A program made the translations under genes and the position numbers. Shown in pieces: positions 48,376 through 58,533 of a DNA stretch of 64,000 nt. Source of the stretch: a virus; the IMG/VR virus record IMGVR_UViG_3300033145_001087, positions 32,001-96,000 of that record. The stretch is one strand, 5' to 3'. Each line of letters opens with the position of its first letter. The first letter of the stretch is position 1. The notes beneath the pieces are model-generated. The model had not been told where the DNA came from and ran no database searches. It saw nothing but the letters and a program-made list of their open reading frames with translations.

Positions 48376-49775
48376 TTTAAACCAGTTGTCGACATTCCAC
48401 TTTGTTTTGCTTTCTTTTTAACGCCCTTTTGGCTACCAGCAGGACTTCCAGCCTCTGCTGGGTTCCATTCTTTAGCGTCTTCTTGTTTTATTTCTGTCTC
48501 TAAATTTTGAGTTGGTTTAAGAGTCTTTAAATCTGTCGGATATAGCCCAATCATTTTTCGTGCTTCATTTAAATCTATAATACCGGCAGCATAAAGCTCG
48601 ATTGCAAATTCAGTATTAACAGCAACATCTTCTGCTACATCTTCAAATTGTAATTTAGGAGGTTTAAATCCTGCTAATTCCCCATATTCTTCAAATATTT
48701 TATTAAAAAAATCTTCCATATATCGTTGATTACTTCTAATAAGCGAATAAAAATGACGAGATAAGATAACTTGTTCTGCTCTATTAGAACCTCCTCCACC
48801 ACTTCCACTTTCTCCAAGTAGAATTGCTTTTGGAACACCAAAAGTAGCAACAACAGCATTTAAAAAATAATCAGCATATTCATTAAAATTTTGTGAACCA
48901 GGCGATAAAGTATCTAAAGTCATATCCTCAGGGATAAAAACTTGTTCTCTACCACTTATATTACCAAGTATTGTTCCCCACATAGCAATTTGGTGTGGAG
49001 ATTTAGTATTACATTTACCTACTATAATCGGATTAGCTATTTTAACCGCTGCTTCGGCGGCAGCATATTCCATATTCATAAGTCGTACTATAGTATCATA
49101 ACCTGGTTGAATTGTACTTATACCAGTAAAATCGTCTCCAAGTGTATTAAATTTAAGATGTTCTATTATTTCTTTTGGAACATCTTTTTTAACTTCTATT
49201 CCTTTATCATCTAAATAAGATTGTTCATATCCAACAGGTTCTTTATTTTTATCTAAAAGTATTATATCACTTTCTTTTTTCTTTTTAAATCCTAGTGTTA
49301 ATGGATGAACATGTTTAAGTCTTAAAATCTTCTTTTTGTTTGAACTATAAATTTTCTCTTGAAATCCATCTCCCGCAATATCAGTATTTACAGAAAGTTG
49401 CCAAAATAAATTAATTCCACCACTTTTATCTATAAGCTCTTCGCACTCTGTAACGCCTTTATCATCACCAACTATCTTATATCCCCTAGAAATAAGCGTA
49501 TCCGCTCTAATATTTACTGCTCTAGCAACAAATTGATTAGTTAAATATAAAATAAAAAGCTCTCTAACATTTCTTTTTACTTTCGCTATCCCAATACCAG
49601 CTTCGTGTTTAGTAGTCGAAAGTGCAATAGCACTAGGATTACTTAGTGTTTTTAATTTCTCGGTTTCTTGCCTTTCAAGAATTTCTGCAGCAACAGCTTC
49701 TACTTCTTTGAATAACTGTTCTTTAGAAGGTTCTTTAAATTCTAATTGTTTTTGTTGTTCAACCATAATATTCAT
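48372..49775 (-). CDS. Portal protein
   Basis: VARAVN, IAGDGF.E, HVHP, IEHLK..GIS, FGVPKAILG, SNRA, IIDLNEARK. Confidence 0.9.
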   Translation of the reverse strand: MNIMVEQQKQLEFKEPSKEQLFKEVEAVAAEILERQETEKLKTLSNPSAIALSTTKHEAGIGIAKVKRNVRELFILYLTNQFVARAVNIRADTLISRGYKIVGDDKGVTECEELIDKSGGINLFWQLSVNTDIAGDGFQEKIYSSNKKKILRLKHVHPLTLGFKKKKESDIILLDKNKEPVGYEQSYLDDKGIEVKKDVPKEIIEHLKFNTLGDDFTGISTIQPGYDTIVRLMNMEYAAAEAAVKIANPIIVGKCNTKSPHQIAMWGTILGNISGREQVFIPEDMTLDTLSPGSQNFNEYADYFLNAVVATFGVPKAILLGESGSGGGGSNRAEQVILSRHFYSLIRSNQRYMEDFFNKIFEEYGELAGFKPPKLQFEDVAEDVAVNTEFAIELYAAGIIDLNEARKMIGLYPTDLKTLKPTQNLETEIKQEDAKEWNPAEAGSPAGSQKGVKKKAKQSGMSTTGLK

Positions 49776-49819
49776 CTCACCTAACTAGTATACCATTAAC
49801 TATACTATTATACTATACT

Positions 49820-49885
49820 ACTTCTCCTATATAAATGTTTCGCTTTTGAAATAGAAACATTTATATACTAGAAGTTACATATAAT
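49820..49885. promoter_or_regulatory. Back-to-back divergent promoters forming an inverted repeat
   Basis: TATATAAATGTTTC 49828-41 / GAAACATTTATATA 49854-67, driving the portal operon (-) and the terminase/glycan operon (+). Confidence 0.85.
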
Positions 49886-49920
49886 TGTATTATATATAAT
49901 ATATTGTTAGGTGATACAGG

Positions 49921-50274
49921 ATGGATGGATTTTTAATTACATATGATTCAAAAAATGATATTTCTAGAGTAAAATTTAATCACATATTATTTGGTAGGAT
50001 ACTTTATAGGACACGAAGAGGCAAACGATATGCTTATTATGTACCTGGTATGTTGGATAATACTCCTTTTTTTAGAATAATGAATTCTAGAATTTTTGTT
50101 CGAGATATAGATACTCTAAATATAGAGGTTTTAAAAGAATATGTTGAATTAAATATAGTAAAATGTATAAGGGAAATAACAGTGAATCATATGAAAACAG
50201 GAGAAAGATATTGGGAAGATTTTGCTAATGAAAAAGGGTTGAATCTTAAACGAGCTAAGAAGAGGACAATATAA
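49921..50274 (+). CDS. Hypothetical, Cas2/VapD-like N-terminus
   Basis: FLITYD first strand; RIMNSRIF. Confidence 0.4.
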   Translation: MDGFLITYDSKNDISRVKFNHILFGRILYRTRRGKRYAYYVPGMLDNTPFFRIMNSRIFVRDIDTLNIEVLKEYVELNIVKCIREITVNHMKTGERYWEDFANEKGLNLKRAKKRTI

Positions 50275-50841
50275 ATGGTATCCGAAAGAAAAGGTAAACA
50301 AGGAAACATTTTAAAAGTAATCGAATTGGGGTTACAAGATAAAGTTTATAATGCTATGAAAAAAACAGGATTCTCTGTTGATGGATTATGTAAAGAATTA
50401 AATGCTACCGGTGTACAGATTTCTTCTCAATCTATTAGTAAATTTATTAAACAAACAAAGAAAGCACAGCAACAGTTAATTAAAAAAGATATTAAAGCAT
50501 CACAAGAGTTAATTAAATTATCTATGGATTATAATAAAGCATTGAAAGATATTTTGAATGAAGTAGAAGAAGTTAAAAACTCTGCAAAAGATGATAAAGA
50601 TTATACAACTTATAATCAACTAATAGGTAGATTGTTACAAGGTATAGAACTATTTGCAAAATTAACAGGAGATATTAAACCAAAAGGAACTACCGATATT
50701 AAAATAATCTATAATGAAATAAATAACAATATAGAACAAGAAATGAAAGATGTAACAAATACTTTAGATACTACCATTAAAATAGATATAGATGAAGAAA
50801 TAACAAAAGAAGATAAAGAAATGGAAAAAATTATAAGGTGA
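50275..50841 (+). CDS. Probable terminase small subunit (HTH + coiled coil)
   Basis: HTH-like SVDGLCKEL..QISSQSISKF; helical C-terminus with IELFAKLTGDI; same operon as TerL. Confidence 0.5.
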   Translation: MVSERKGKQGNILKVIELGLQDKVYNAMKKTGFSVDGLCKELNATGVQISSQSISKFIKQTKKAQQQLIKKDIKASQELIKLSMDYNKALKDILNEVEEVKNSAKDDKDYTTYNQLIGRLLQGIELFAKLTGDIKPKGTTDIKIIYNEINNNIEQEMKDVTNTLDTTIKIDIDEEITKEDKEMEKIIR

Positions 50842-50847
50842 GACTTT

Positions 50848-51582
50848 ATGAAAAAGAATATATTGATTATAGGGTTAGGAGAAGTTGGTAAGGCAATATA
50901 CAACTTAGAAAAAAAAGCAAAAAATAACATATTTATCTCAGAGTTGAATATGGCACCTTCAAATAATATTAATATTGATGTTGCCCATGTTTGTATACCT
51001 TATGATAAGAGATTTATAAATACTATACTTAAATATTTAAATACTTATAACCCACATCTAACAATTATACATAGTACAGTTAAAGTTGGTTCAAGTAGAT
51101 TAATTTATAAAAAATCAAAAAGATTAATTTCTCATTCTCCTATTATGGGAGTGCACCCACATTTAACGAAAAGTGTTCAGACTTTTAAAAAAATAATAGG
51201 TGGGACAAGTCTTAATGCATCTATAAAAACAAAAAGCCATTTAATTTCCCTAGGAATAAAAACAGAGACTTTTAATAATTCTGACGAATCAGAAGCGTGT
51301 AAGATATTTTCAACATCATATTATGGATTATGTATAGCATATATGAAAGAAATTCATAAATATTGTGAAGAAAATAATTTAGATTTTGGAAATGTCTATA
51401 CTGAAATGAATAACGTTTATAATAAGGGATACGCCAAGATGGGTAAAAAGAATGTAATACGCCCAATATTGAAATATATGAAGGGACCTACGGGAGGACA
51501 TTGTATTTTACCCAATTTAAAATTAATAAAAAAAGATATTAAATTAGCAAAAAAAATATTAGAGTTAGAAAATGAAAAGTAA
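50848..51582 (+). CDS. Short NDP-sugar dehydrogenase (UDP-Glc/GDP-Man/WecC family)
   Basis: GLGEVG, HSTV, SEACK, GGHCI; lacks the C-terminal domain. Confidence 0.8.
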   Translation: MKKNILIIGLGEVGKAIYNLEKKAKNNIFISELNMAPSNNINIDVAHVCIPYDKRFINTILKYLNTYNPHLTIIHSTVKVGSSRLIYKKSKRLISHSPIMGVHPHLTKSVQTFKKIIGGTSLNASIKTKSHLISLGIKTETFNNSDESEACKIFSTSYYGLCIAYMKEIHKYCEENNLDFGNVYTEMNNVYNKGYAKMGKKNVIRPILKYMKGPTGGHCILPNLKLIKKDIKLAKKILELENEK

Positions 51583-52174
51583 TAAAAAAATAATTTTAGG
51601 AGTTGGTAGTGGCAGATGTGGAACGCTTTCATTAGCTGTTTTATTAGACCTACAAAAAGATTCAAAATTTACACATGAACGCCCACCACTTATGCCATTT
51701 GAACCATGTACACATGCCTATGATGCTAAAAAAAAACAAATTTTAGAATTAGAGGATACTTATGTTGGAGATGTAGCGTCTTCACTTATTGGATATACTG
51801 AATGGTTTATTGAAGATTATCCTAATATAAAAATTGTATGCTTAAAACGAAATAAAAAAGAATGTATTGAAAGTTTTTTAAGAAAAACAAAAGGAAGAAA
51901 TAATTTTCAATATGGGAAAGAAGAAAGAACTATTTTTTGTATAACAAGTCCTGACTATTCAGCAGATATTACAAAAAGAGAAGCTGTTGATGAATATTAT
52001 AATGACTATTATCGAATAGCAGAATTTTTAGAAAAAGATTTTCCAAATAATTTTAAAATCTTCAACACAGAAGATTTGAATACTCACAAAGGAGTATCTG
52101 ACATTTTAGAATTTTGTGAGTTTAAGGATAAAACAATATCTATAGGATTACAATTTAACGAGACAAAAAAATGA
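51572..52174 (+). CDS. Sulfotransferase-family protein
   Basis: GSGRCGTLSL 5'-PSB, THE, LKR...IES 3'-PB. Confidence 0.72.
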   Translation: MKSNKKIILGVGSGRCGTLSLAVLLDLQKDSKFTHERPPLMPFEPCTHAYDAKKKQILELEDTYVGDVASSLIGYTEWFIEDYPNIKIVCLKRNKKECIESFLRKTKGRNNFQYGKEERTIFCITSPDYSADITKREAVDEYYNDYYRIAEFLEKDFPNNFKIFNTEDLNTHKGVSDILEFCEFKDKTISIGLQFNETKK

Positions 52175-52446
52175 TAATATCAATATCTTATGGAGAATTT
52201 AATGATAGTAACTTTCAAGAATTATTGGATTACTTAGTACACGTCAATAAAAAACATACCTTGCAGAAATTAATAGTTCATCCATCATACTTTGCAGAGA
52301 ATATGTTAAAACAATTTAATGGTGTTTGGTATGATATAAGATTAAGTAGTTGTATAGAAAAAGGATTTAATAGATTAGAATATGGTAATTTACAACTTGA
52401 AGTAATAGTATGTTCAGTGATGAATGGCAAATGGTGCGTAATTTAA
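52171..52446 (+). CDS. Hypothetical protein
   Basis: ATGA coupling. Confidence 0.55.
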   Translation: MIISISYGEFNDSNFQELLDYLVHVNKKHTLQKLIVHPSYFAENMLKQFNGVWYDIRLSSCIEKGFNRLEYGNLQLEVIVCSVMNGKWCVI

Positions 52447-52458
52447 GGAGTAAAAAAA

Positions 52459-52728
52459 ATGATAAAAGACTGGGTAATGGAGATAGTAAAGATGTATAGT
52501 TTTGTAGATGATATAAAGTATAAAAATCTTTATTATTATATACATTATAAAGTAAATGAAAAAGCAACATACAAAAGAATAAGTTTTCGGGCAACAAGAC
52601 ACCAATTAGAAAAATTAATTGAAAAAATAAAAAAAGAAATTAATTACCTTGAATTAAAAAAGAAAGTAGATAAAAAAATTAGAAACGAGCTTAATAACAA
52701 AGTTCCATTAATTAATATACGTGGGTGA
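52459..52728 (+). CDS. Hypothetical protein
   Basis: AGGAG RBS. Confidence 0.5.
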   Translation: MIKDWVMEIVKMYSFVDDIKYKNLYYYIHYKVNEKATYKRISFRATRHQLEKLIEKIKKEINYLELKKKVDKKIRNELNNKVPLINIRG

Positions 52729-52733
52729 GATTT

Positions 52734-52946
52734 ATGGCAAAAGATACAAAACTAGTTCATATATCAATAGTAGACGCATCAGTAGAAGATATTGAAATGC
52801 TTAGAAAGGCAATAAGCCAAATAAAGGGAGATTTACCTTTCGAATTCTTAATAACAAATGATACTATTCAATTACACGATGTAAAATTCTTAATAGGTGA
52901 ACTATATAAACTTTATAAAATGCAAGAAAAAAGGAAGAAAAAATGA
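52734..52946 (+). CDS. Hypothetical protein
   Basis: GGTGA RBS. Confidence 0.55.
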   Translation: MAKDTKLVHISIVDASVEDIEMLRKAISQIKGDLPFEFLITNDTIQLHDVKFLIGELYKLYKMQEKRKKK

Positions 52947-54007
52947 AGAATAAAAAAAGAATTGGTTTCCTTAGTTTTTGGGGCTGGGGCAGGGGTATGT
53001 GCTATATTACTAAATGTTATGCTCAAATGATTCAAGACGAATATGATGTCTTCATTTTAAAACAAGGAACGAATAAAATAGAAGAAGAGTTTAAACAGAT
53101 TAACGCCACACTAACAGAATATCCCGAATACATTGTTACAAAAGAATTTTTTACTAAGTGGGTTAAAGAAAACAAATTAGATGCTATAGTCTTTAACGAA
53201 TATAAACAATGGAACAGTGATACGAATGAATTAGTAAAAGCAACTAAAGAATTAGGGGTTAAAACATATGGGTATTTAGTTATGGAAAAATTTAAACCAG
53301 AACAAGCGACTGAATACGATAGGATTATAGCACCAACCGTAACGTTTGAACGCTTTATGAGAATATGCCAGGTTAGACATTTTACTTATATACCATTCTC
53401 TTTAGATTTAAATGAATTTCCTGATTTTGAAAGAGATAAAAATAAAAAATTTACATTCTTTCATCCTGGTGGTTGGGGCGGAGTATTTAATAGGAAGAAT
53501 ACTGATTTAGTAATAGATGCATTTAATAAATTAAATGATGATAATACTAAACTTATAATAACTTCACAAAAACCATTGAATAAAAAAATTGATAATAAAA
53601 ATATAGAAATTATAGATAAAAATTTAACAAGAAAAGAAATATTAGATTTATATCAACAAGCAGATGTGGTAGTATTACCAAGTAAATGGGAAACAATTGG
53701 AATACCAATCTTAGAAGCACTTGCATCCAAAACACCTGTGATTACTTCTGATAACCCACCTATGAATGAATTTATTATTGAAGGATTAAATGGTAGTATT
53801 TGTAAATCAGACTTAAAATTAATAAACGATATTTCAATTCCAATAGCAGAGATAGACGAAGATGAATTATCTAAAAAAATGAAATTGATAATGTCCCCTA
53901 TGTATGAAATATTATTAAAAAATTCGAGAAAAGTTATAGAAGAAATCTATAATATAGATAAAAACAAGAACTACTTTTTAGAATTTTTGGAGAAAAATTT
54001 AAAATGA
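52943..54007 (+). CDS. GT4 glycosyltransferase
   Basis: RKN; ADVVVLPSKWETIGIPILEALAS. Confidence 0.9.
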   Translation: MKNKKRIGFLSFWGWGRGMCYITKCYAQMIQDEYDVFILKQGTNKIEEEFKQINATLTEYPEYIVTKEFFTKWVKENKLDAIVFNEYKQWNSDTNELVKATKELGVKTYGYLVMEKFKPEQATEYDRIIAPTVTFERFMRICQVRHFTYIPFSLDLNEFPDFERDKNKKFTFFHPGGWGGVFNRKNTDLVIDAFNKLNDDNTKLIITSQKPLNKKIDNKNIEIIDKNLTRKEILDLYQQADVVVLPSKWETIGIPILEALASKTPVITSDNPPMNEFIIEGLNGSICKSDLKLINDISIPIAEIDEDELSKKMKLIMSPMYEILLKNSRKVIEEIYNIDKNKNYFLEFLEKNLK

Positions 54008-55038
54008 AAATTTTAGGCTTAACACCAAAGAATCCAAATACAGGAGAAACGCCAGAAGAAATGTATCTTAGGAAATTGAGAGATTTAGGTCATGACGTAA
54101 TTATTACAGATAATTGTACTGGGATAACTACAGATATAGATATTATCGTATCTATGTCAGAAGTAACTTGTGAACAAGGATATGTATTATCAAAATTTTA
54201 TAATAAACCATTTTATGCTCATATGGAATGGCTACCAAAATGGCGTATTGGTATAGAAAATGCAAGAACCTGGGGGGAATCTAGAAATTATACTTTCAAA
54301 GAAAAAATGCATTTCATACGTCAGTATTTAGAATATGCAACCTTTTGGCATTTAGCAGATGTAAAAACATTAGCATCCCCTGTTTTTTATAAAGATATGA
54401 AAAACTTTCTTGGTGTACAAGATTTAGAAATAGAGAGTAAAAAACTTGGAGTAGATATGGATAAAATTAATAAATATTTAAATGAAACTGAAACAAGACC
54501 TAAAAAAGAAAATGAAATTACTTGTGTAGCACGTTTTGTTCCACATAAACGAATTCATCATATAATAGAAGCTTTAAAATTAATTAAATTTGATGGAACT
54601 TTTAACCTTGTTGGTTATGGCTCTGAACAACAAAAATATGAAGCTATTAAAGGAAATATGCAGATTAAATATTTTCCTAGTTCAGATAAATTTAAATGTA
54701 TGGATAGGTCTAAGGTTACAATAGCACTTTGGAGTGGTTTAGTCCCAGCAGAATCTATATATCTTGGAACACCTGTAGTTACTTATGATAGCGAATATAT
54801 GAAAGATTTATTTAGTAAGACCCTTTTTTATGCTAAAAATAATAATGTAACTACATTAGCAAAAATGATAAAGAAAGTATTTAATTTTACAGATGATATG
54901 AGAAAGAACATATGTAATAATGGTATAAAAAAGATAGAAGAAGGACAGATAAACACAGTTACCCAAGATGAGTCCGTTAAACAATTAGAAGCATTAATAC
55001 AAAAAGCATATAATAAAAAACATAAAGGTGAAAAATAA
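54004..55038 (+). CDS. GT4-like glycosyltransferase
   Basis: GHDV, LGVD, VARFVPHKR, VGYG, GLVPAESIYLGTPVV. Confidence 0.8.
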   Translation: MKILGLTPKNPNTGETPEEMYLRKLRDLGHDVIITDNCTGITTDIDIIVSMSEVTCEQGYVLSKFYNKPFYAHMEWLPKWRIGIENARTWGESRNYTFKEKMHFIRQYLEYATFWHLADVKTLASPVFYKDMKNFLGVQDLEIESKKLGVDMDKINKYLNETETRPKKENEITCVARFVPHKRIHHIIEALKLIKFDGTFNLVGYGSEQQKYEAIKGNMQIKYFPSSDKFKCMDRSKVTIALWSGLVPAESIYLGTPVVTYDSEYMKDLFSKTLFYAKNNNVTTLAKMIKKVFNFTDDMRKNICNNGIKKIEEGQINTVTQDESVKQLEALIQKAYNKKHKGEK

Positions 55039-56081
55039 TGGGAATGAAACTTGCATTGATTATGGGAACACGACCAGAAATAATTAAGATGATGCCTATA
55101 ATAAAAGAACTTGAAAAAAGAAAAATAGACCATAAAGTTTATTTTACATCCCAACATTTTACTGGTATAGCAGGCACAAAACTTTTCAATGATTTCAAAA
55201 TAAATAACATTATAGAATATGGTAAAAAATTCGACTTTGGGAAAATAAAAGAGTGGGCAACAAACGAATTAAAAGAATATAATCCAGATGTGGTTTTAGT
55301 TCAAGGAGATACTGATTCAGCATTGATAGGTGGTCTTGCCGCCATTAAAGCAAAAATACCTATTGGGCACATCGAGGCTGGATTAAGAAGCTTTAACTTT
55401 CAAGAGCCATACCCAGAAGAGTATAACAGGACTATGTTAGACTCTATCTCAACATATTTGTTTTGCCCGACAATGAATAATTTAGTTAATGTTCAAATAA
55501 CAGGTAATAGGAAAGCTTTTATTGTTGGTAATACTATAATTGACGTTATTAAAGATTATAAAAAAGTAAAGAATGGCAAACAAGTCCTTATAACTCTTCA
55601 TAGAAGAGAAAATTGGGCTAAAATTCCAAAGTTATGTAAAGCTCTTGCATCCTTAGCAGATGCATTTTCAGAATATGAATTCGTATTTGTTAAACATGTA
55701 AATAAAAAATTAGCTAAAATAATAGATATTGAATTAAAAGAAAGTAAAATTAAACTGTTACCACCACAATCATACGCAGACTTTATAAAATTAATGCAAA
55801 AATCGAAACTAATAATTTCAGATTCAGGCGGCGTATTGGAAGAAGCATCTTATTTAAATATTCCAGTTATATCCGTTCGTAATGTTACTGAACGAAAGGA
55901 AAGTATAATACTTAAAAAAGCTATTTTAGTAGGAACAGAACCAGAATCATTAAAACAATATGTTTCTGATTTTTTGCTTAATAATGACTATTATAAAGAT
56001 ATTAAATTGACACCGTGTCCATTTGGTGATGGTGATAGTGCAAAAAGAATAGTAGATATTTTAGAAAAGGTGGTAAAATGA
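55038..56081 (+). CDS. wecB: UDP-GlcNAc 2-epimerase (non-hydrolysing)
   Basis: GTRPE, QGDT, HIEAGLRS, PEEYNR, TLHRREN, DSGGVLEE. Confidence 0.95.
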   Translation: MGMKLALIMGTRPEIIKMMPIIKELEKRKIDHKVYFTSQHFTGIAGTKLFNDFKINNIIEYGKKFDFGKIKEWATNELKEYNPDVVLVQGDTDSALIGGLAAIKAKIPIGHIEAGLRSFNFQEPYPEEYNRTMLDSISTYLFCPTMNNLVNVQITGNRKAFIVGNTIIDVIKDYKKVKNGKQVLITLHRRENWAKIPKLCKALASLADAFSEYEFVFVKHVNKKLAKIIDIELKESKIKLLPPQSYADFIKLMQKSKLIISDSGGVLEEASYLNIPVISVRNVTERKESIILKKAILVGTEPESLKQYVSDFLLNNDYYKDIKLTPCPFGDGDSAKRIVDILEKVVK

Positions 56082-57076
56082 ACATTCTTTGTACTGGTGG
56101 GGCAGGATTCATTGGTAGCCATGTTGTTGATGAATTAATAGATAGAGGACATAACGTTTTAATTTTAGATGATTTCTCAGTAGGAGAAATGAAAAATATA
56201 AATCCTAAAGCTAATTTTGTAATAGGGTCTATAACAGATGAACGATTAGTAAAAGTTTTAATGAAAGGTATAGATGCAGTATTTCACTTTGCATATGACG
56301 CAACAGAATGTAAAAGTATCTTTAGTCCAGTATTAGATACAGAAACAAACTTATTGGGCAGTATGATTGTTTTGAAAGAAGCAATAAACGCAGGAGTAGA
56401 GAAATTTGTTTTTCCTAGTTCTGTTCTTGTATATGGTAAACCAAAAGAATTACCAATGAAAGAAACTCATACTAGAATTCCAGATGACCCATATAGCGTT
56501 TCTAAATTAGCATTTGAAGAATACTTAAGAGTTTACTATGAACTTGGTAAAATTAAACCATATATATTAAGATTTAATAATACTTACGGACCTAGACTTC
56601 GGTTAGATAATCCCTATAAAGGAGCAACACAAATATTTATATCTAGATGTTTAAAAGGTCAACCACCAATAATCTTTGGAGATGGTTCTCAGACAAGGGC
56701 GTGGACATATGTAGGAGATATTAAAAAACCTATAGTAGATATTATAGAACATGATGAATTAATCAATAATCCAATTAATATTGGGTCTGATTGTATACAC
56801 AGTGTTTCAAAAATTGCTAATTTCATAAAAGATGAAATAAATAAAAATCTTAAGATAGAATATTTACCTAAGAGACAAAAAGATATTCCTCACGCATATT
56901 GTGATGTTACAAAAATGCAAGAAATATTTGATTATAAATGTATGGTTGATTTTAAAGAAGGTTTAAGAAAGACTATAGCGTGGGCTAAAAAAGAACCAGA
57001 CATTAAATTTAAATATAATTGGGTAGTGGAAATACCAAGTTTACTTGATAATGCTTATAAAAAGAAAAAAATATAG
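56078..57076 (+). CDS. NAD-dependent sugar epimerase/dehydratase (extended SDR)
   Basis: TGGAGFIG, YSVSK, GDGSQTR. Confidence 0.92.
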   Translation: MNILCTGGAGFIGSHVVDELIDRGHNVLILDDFSVGEMKNINPKANFVIGSITDERLVKVLMKGIDAVFHFAYDATECKSIFSPVLDTETNLLGSMIVLKEAINAGVEKFVFPSSVLVYGKPKELPMKETHTRIPDDPYSVSKLAFEEYLRVYYELGKIKPYILRFNNTYGPRLRLDNPYKGATQIFISRCLKGQPPIIFGDGSQTRAWTYVGDIKKPIVDIIEHDELINNPINIGSDCIHSVSKIANFIKDEINKNLKIEYLPKRQKDIPHAYCDVTKMQEIFDYKCMVDFKEGLRKTIAWAKKEPDIKFKYNWVVEIPSLLDNAYKKKKI

Positions 57077-57085
57077 GGTGTAAAT

Positions 57086-57721
57086 ATGGGTAAAAAAGAA
57101 ATAATTGATGATTTTCATATTTTATATTATGATTCAAAAAAACACGAACAACTCAACTGGTTAGGTATACAAGTATTGAAAACACCTATGGACTTAATGA
57201 TAATACAAGAAATCATATGTGAAATAAAACCAGATGTTATTATCGAAACAGGAACATATAAAGGAGGGTCAGCATATTTTATGGCATCTATACTTGATTT
57301 AATCAATAAAGGAAAAATAATTACTATAGACAATCAAGTATCATATAAAGGAGAATATCCAAAACATAAAAGAATAAAATATTTAACAGGAAATTCTTGT
57401 GAAGAAAGTATTTTAAAATCCATTAAAAATCAAATTAAAAAAAACGATATTGTTTTAGTCTTATTAGATAGTGCTCATACAGGAAATCATGTACTTAGTG
57501 AATTAAATATTTATAGTAAGTTTGTAACAAAAGGAAGTTATTTAATATGTGAAGACACAAATTTGAATTCAAATCCTATTAGGACGCCAGAACCAGATGG
57601 AGGACCTATGAAAGCAGTAATAACTTTTTTAAAGGAAAACGATAATTTTATAATAGATAAAACAAAAGAAAAACTATTACTAACATATTTTCCAAATGGT
57701 TGGTTAAAGAGGATAAAATGA
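57086..57721 (+). CDS. CmcI/rhamnosyl O-methyltransferase family
   Basis: WLG..K.P.D, KPDVIIETGT..GGS, LDSAH, GSYLICEDT. Confidence 0.85.
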   Translation: MGKKEIIDDFHILYYDSKKHEQLNWLGIQVLKTPMDLMIIQEIICEIKPDVIIETGTYKGGSAYFMASILDLINKGKIITIDNQVSYKGEYPKHKRIKYLTGNSCEESILKSIKNQIKKNDIVLVLLDSAHTGNHVLSELNIYSKFVTKGSYLICEDTNLNSNPIRTPEPDGGPMKAVITFLKENDNFIIDKTKEKLLLTYFPNGWLKRIK

Positions 57722-58533
57722 AAGAAGTACTAATAGTAATTGCAAGCTTTGCAGATGGATACTTAGATGACTTGTTGAAATCAATAAAAGAAAACACTAC
57801 TGATGTAACCTATTCTATCCAAGTTGTAGATAATCACAGAGATAAAAAAAAACTCGAAGAATGTGTAATTCCAATTTGTAAAAAACATAAAGTCGAGCTT
57901 TATTTAGATACTAAGATTACTGGATATGGGGATGCACTTAATACCGGTGTAAATATATCAGATATAGAATCTAAATATATACTTTATATGGATTCAGATA
58001 CCTTAGTTAGTAAAGGATGGCTTAGAGAATTAATTGATTGTTTTAAACGGCATAAAAAAGAAGACTGTATGATGGTAGGACCCTTAGTCAAAGATTTTAA
58101 CAATAATTACTTACCGGGAGTAAATGAATTGTATGGTAAACCAGACGATATAAAAGAAAAAGATATTTTACTAAAAGATGATTCTTATTTAATAGGTGTG
58201 TGTGTATTAAGAGAACGAGAAACTTTACCATTATTTCAATGGGATAAAAATTATATACGAGCTTATTATGAAGATAATGATTTAACAAAACAAGTTAATT
58301 TTTTAAATGGTAAAATATATGTAGCTGGAAAGTCTCTTATGTTTCATAAAGTAAATTCTAGTCACGAAACAATGAAAACTGAAAATATTAACCCTTCAAG
58401 CATTGGAGCGTTTAATAGATATTATTTTACAGAAAAATGGAAAACGATTTATGAAAATATATATATAGAGGATATACATAAATTAACATTAGGATATGCG
58501 TTTAAACGAGAAATACCCGAGGATTTTAAATGA
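57718..58533 (+). CDS. GT2 glycosyltransferase
   Basis: VVDN, YMDSD, YYEDND. Confidence 0.88.
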   Translation: MKEVLIVIASFADGYLDDLLKSIKENTTDVTYSIQVVDNHRDKKKLEECVIPICKKHKVELYLDTKITGYGDALNTGVNISDIESKYILYMDSDTLVSKGWLRELIDCFKRHKKEDCMMVGPLVKDFNNNYLPGVNELYGKPDDIKEKDILLKDDSYLIGVCVLRERETLPLFQWDKNYIRAYYEDNDLTKQVNFLNGKIYVAGKSLMFHKVNSSHETMKTENINPSSIGAFNRYYFTEKWKTIYENIYIEDIHKLTLGYAFKREIPEDFK

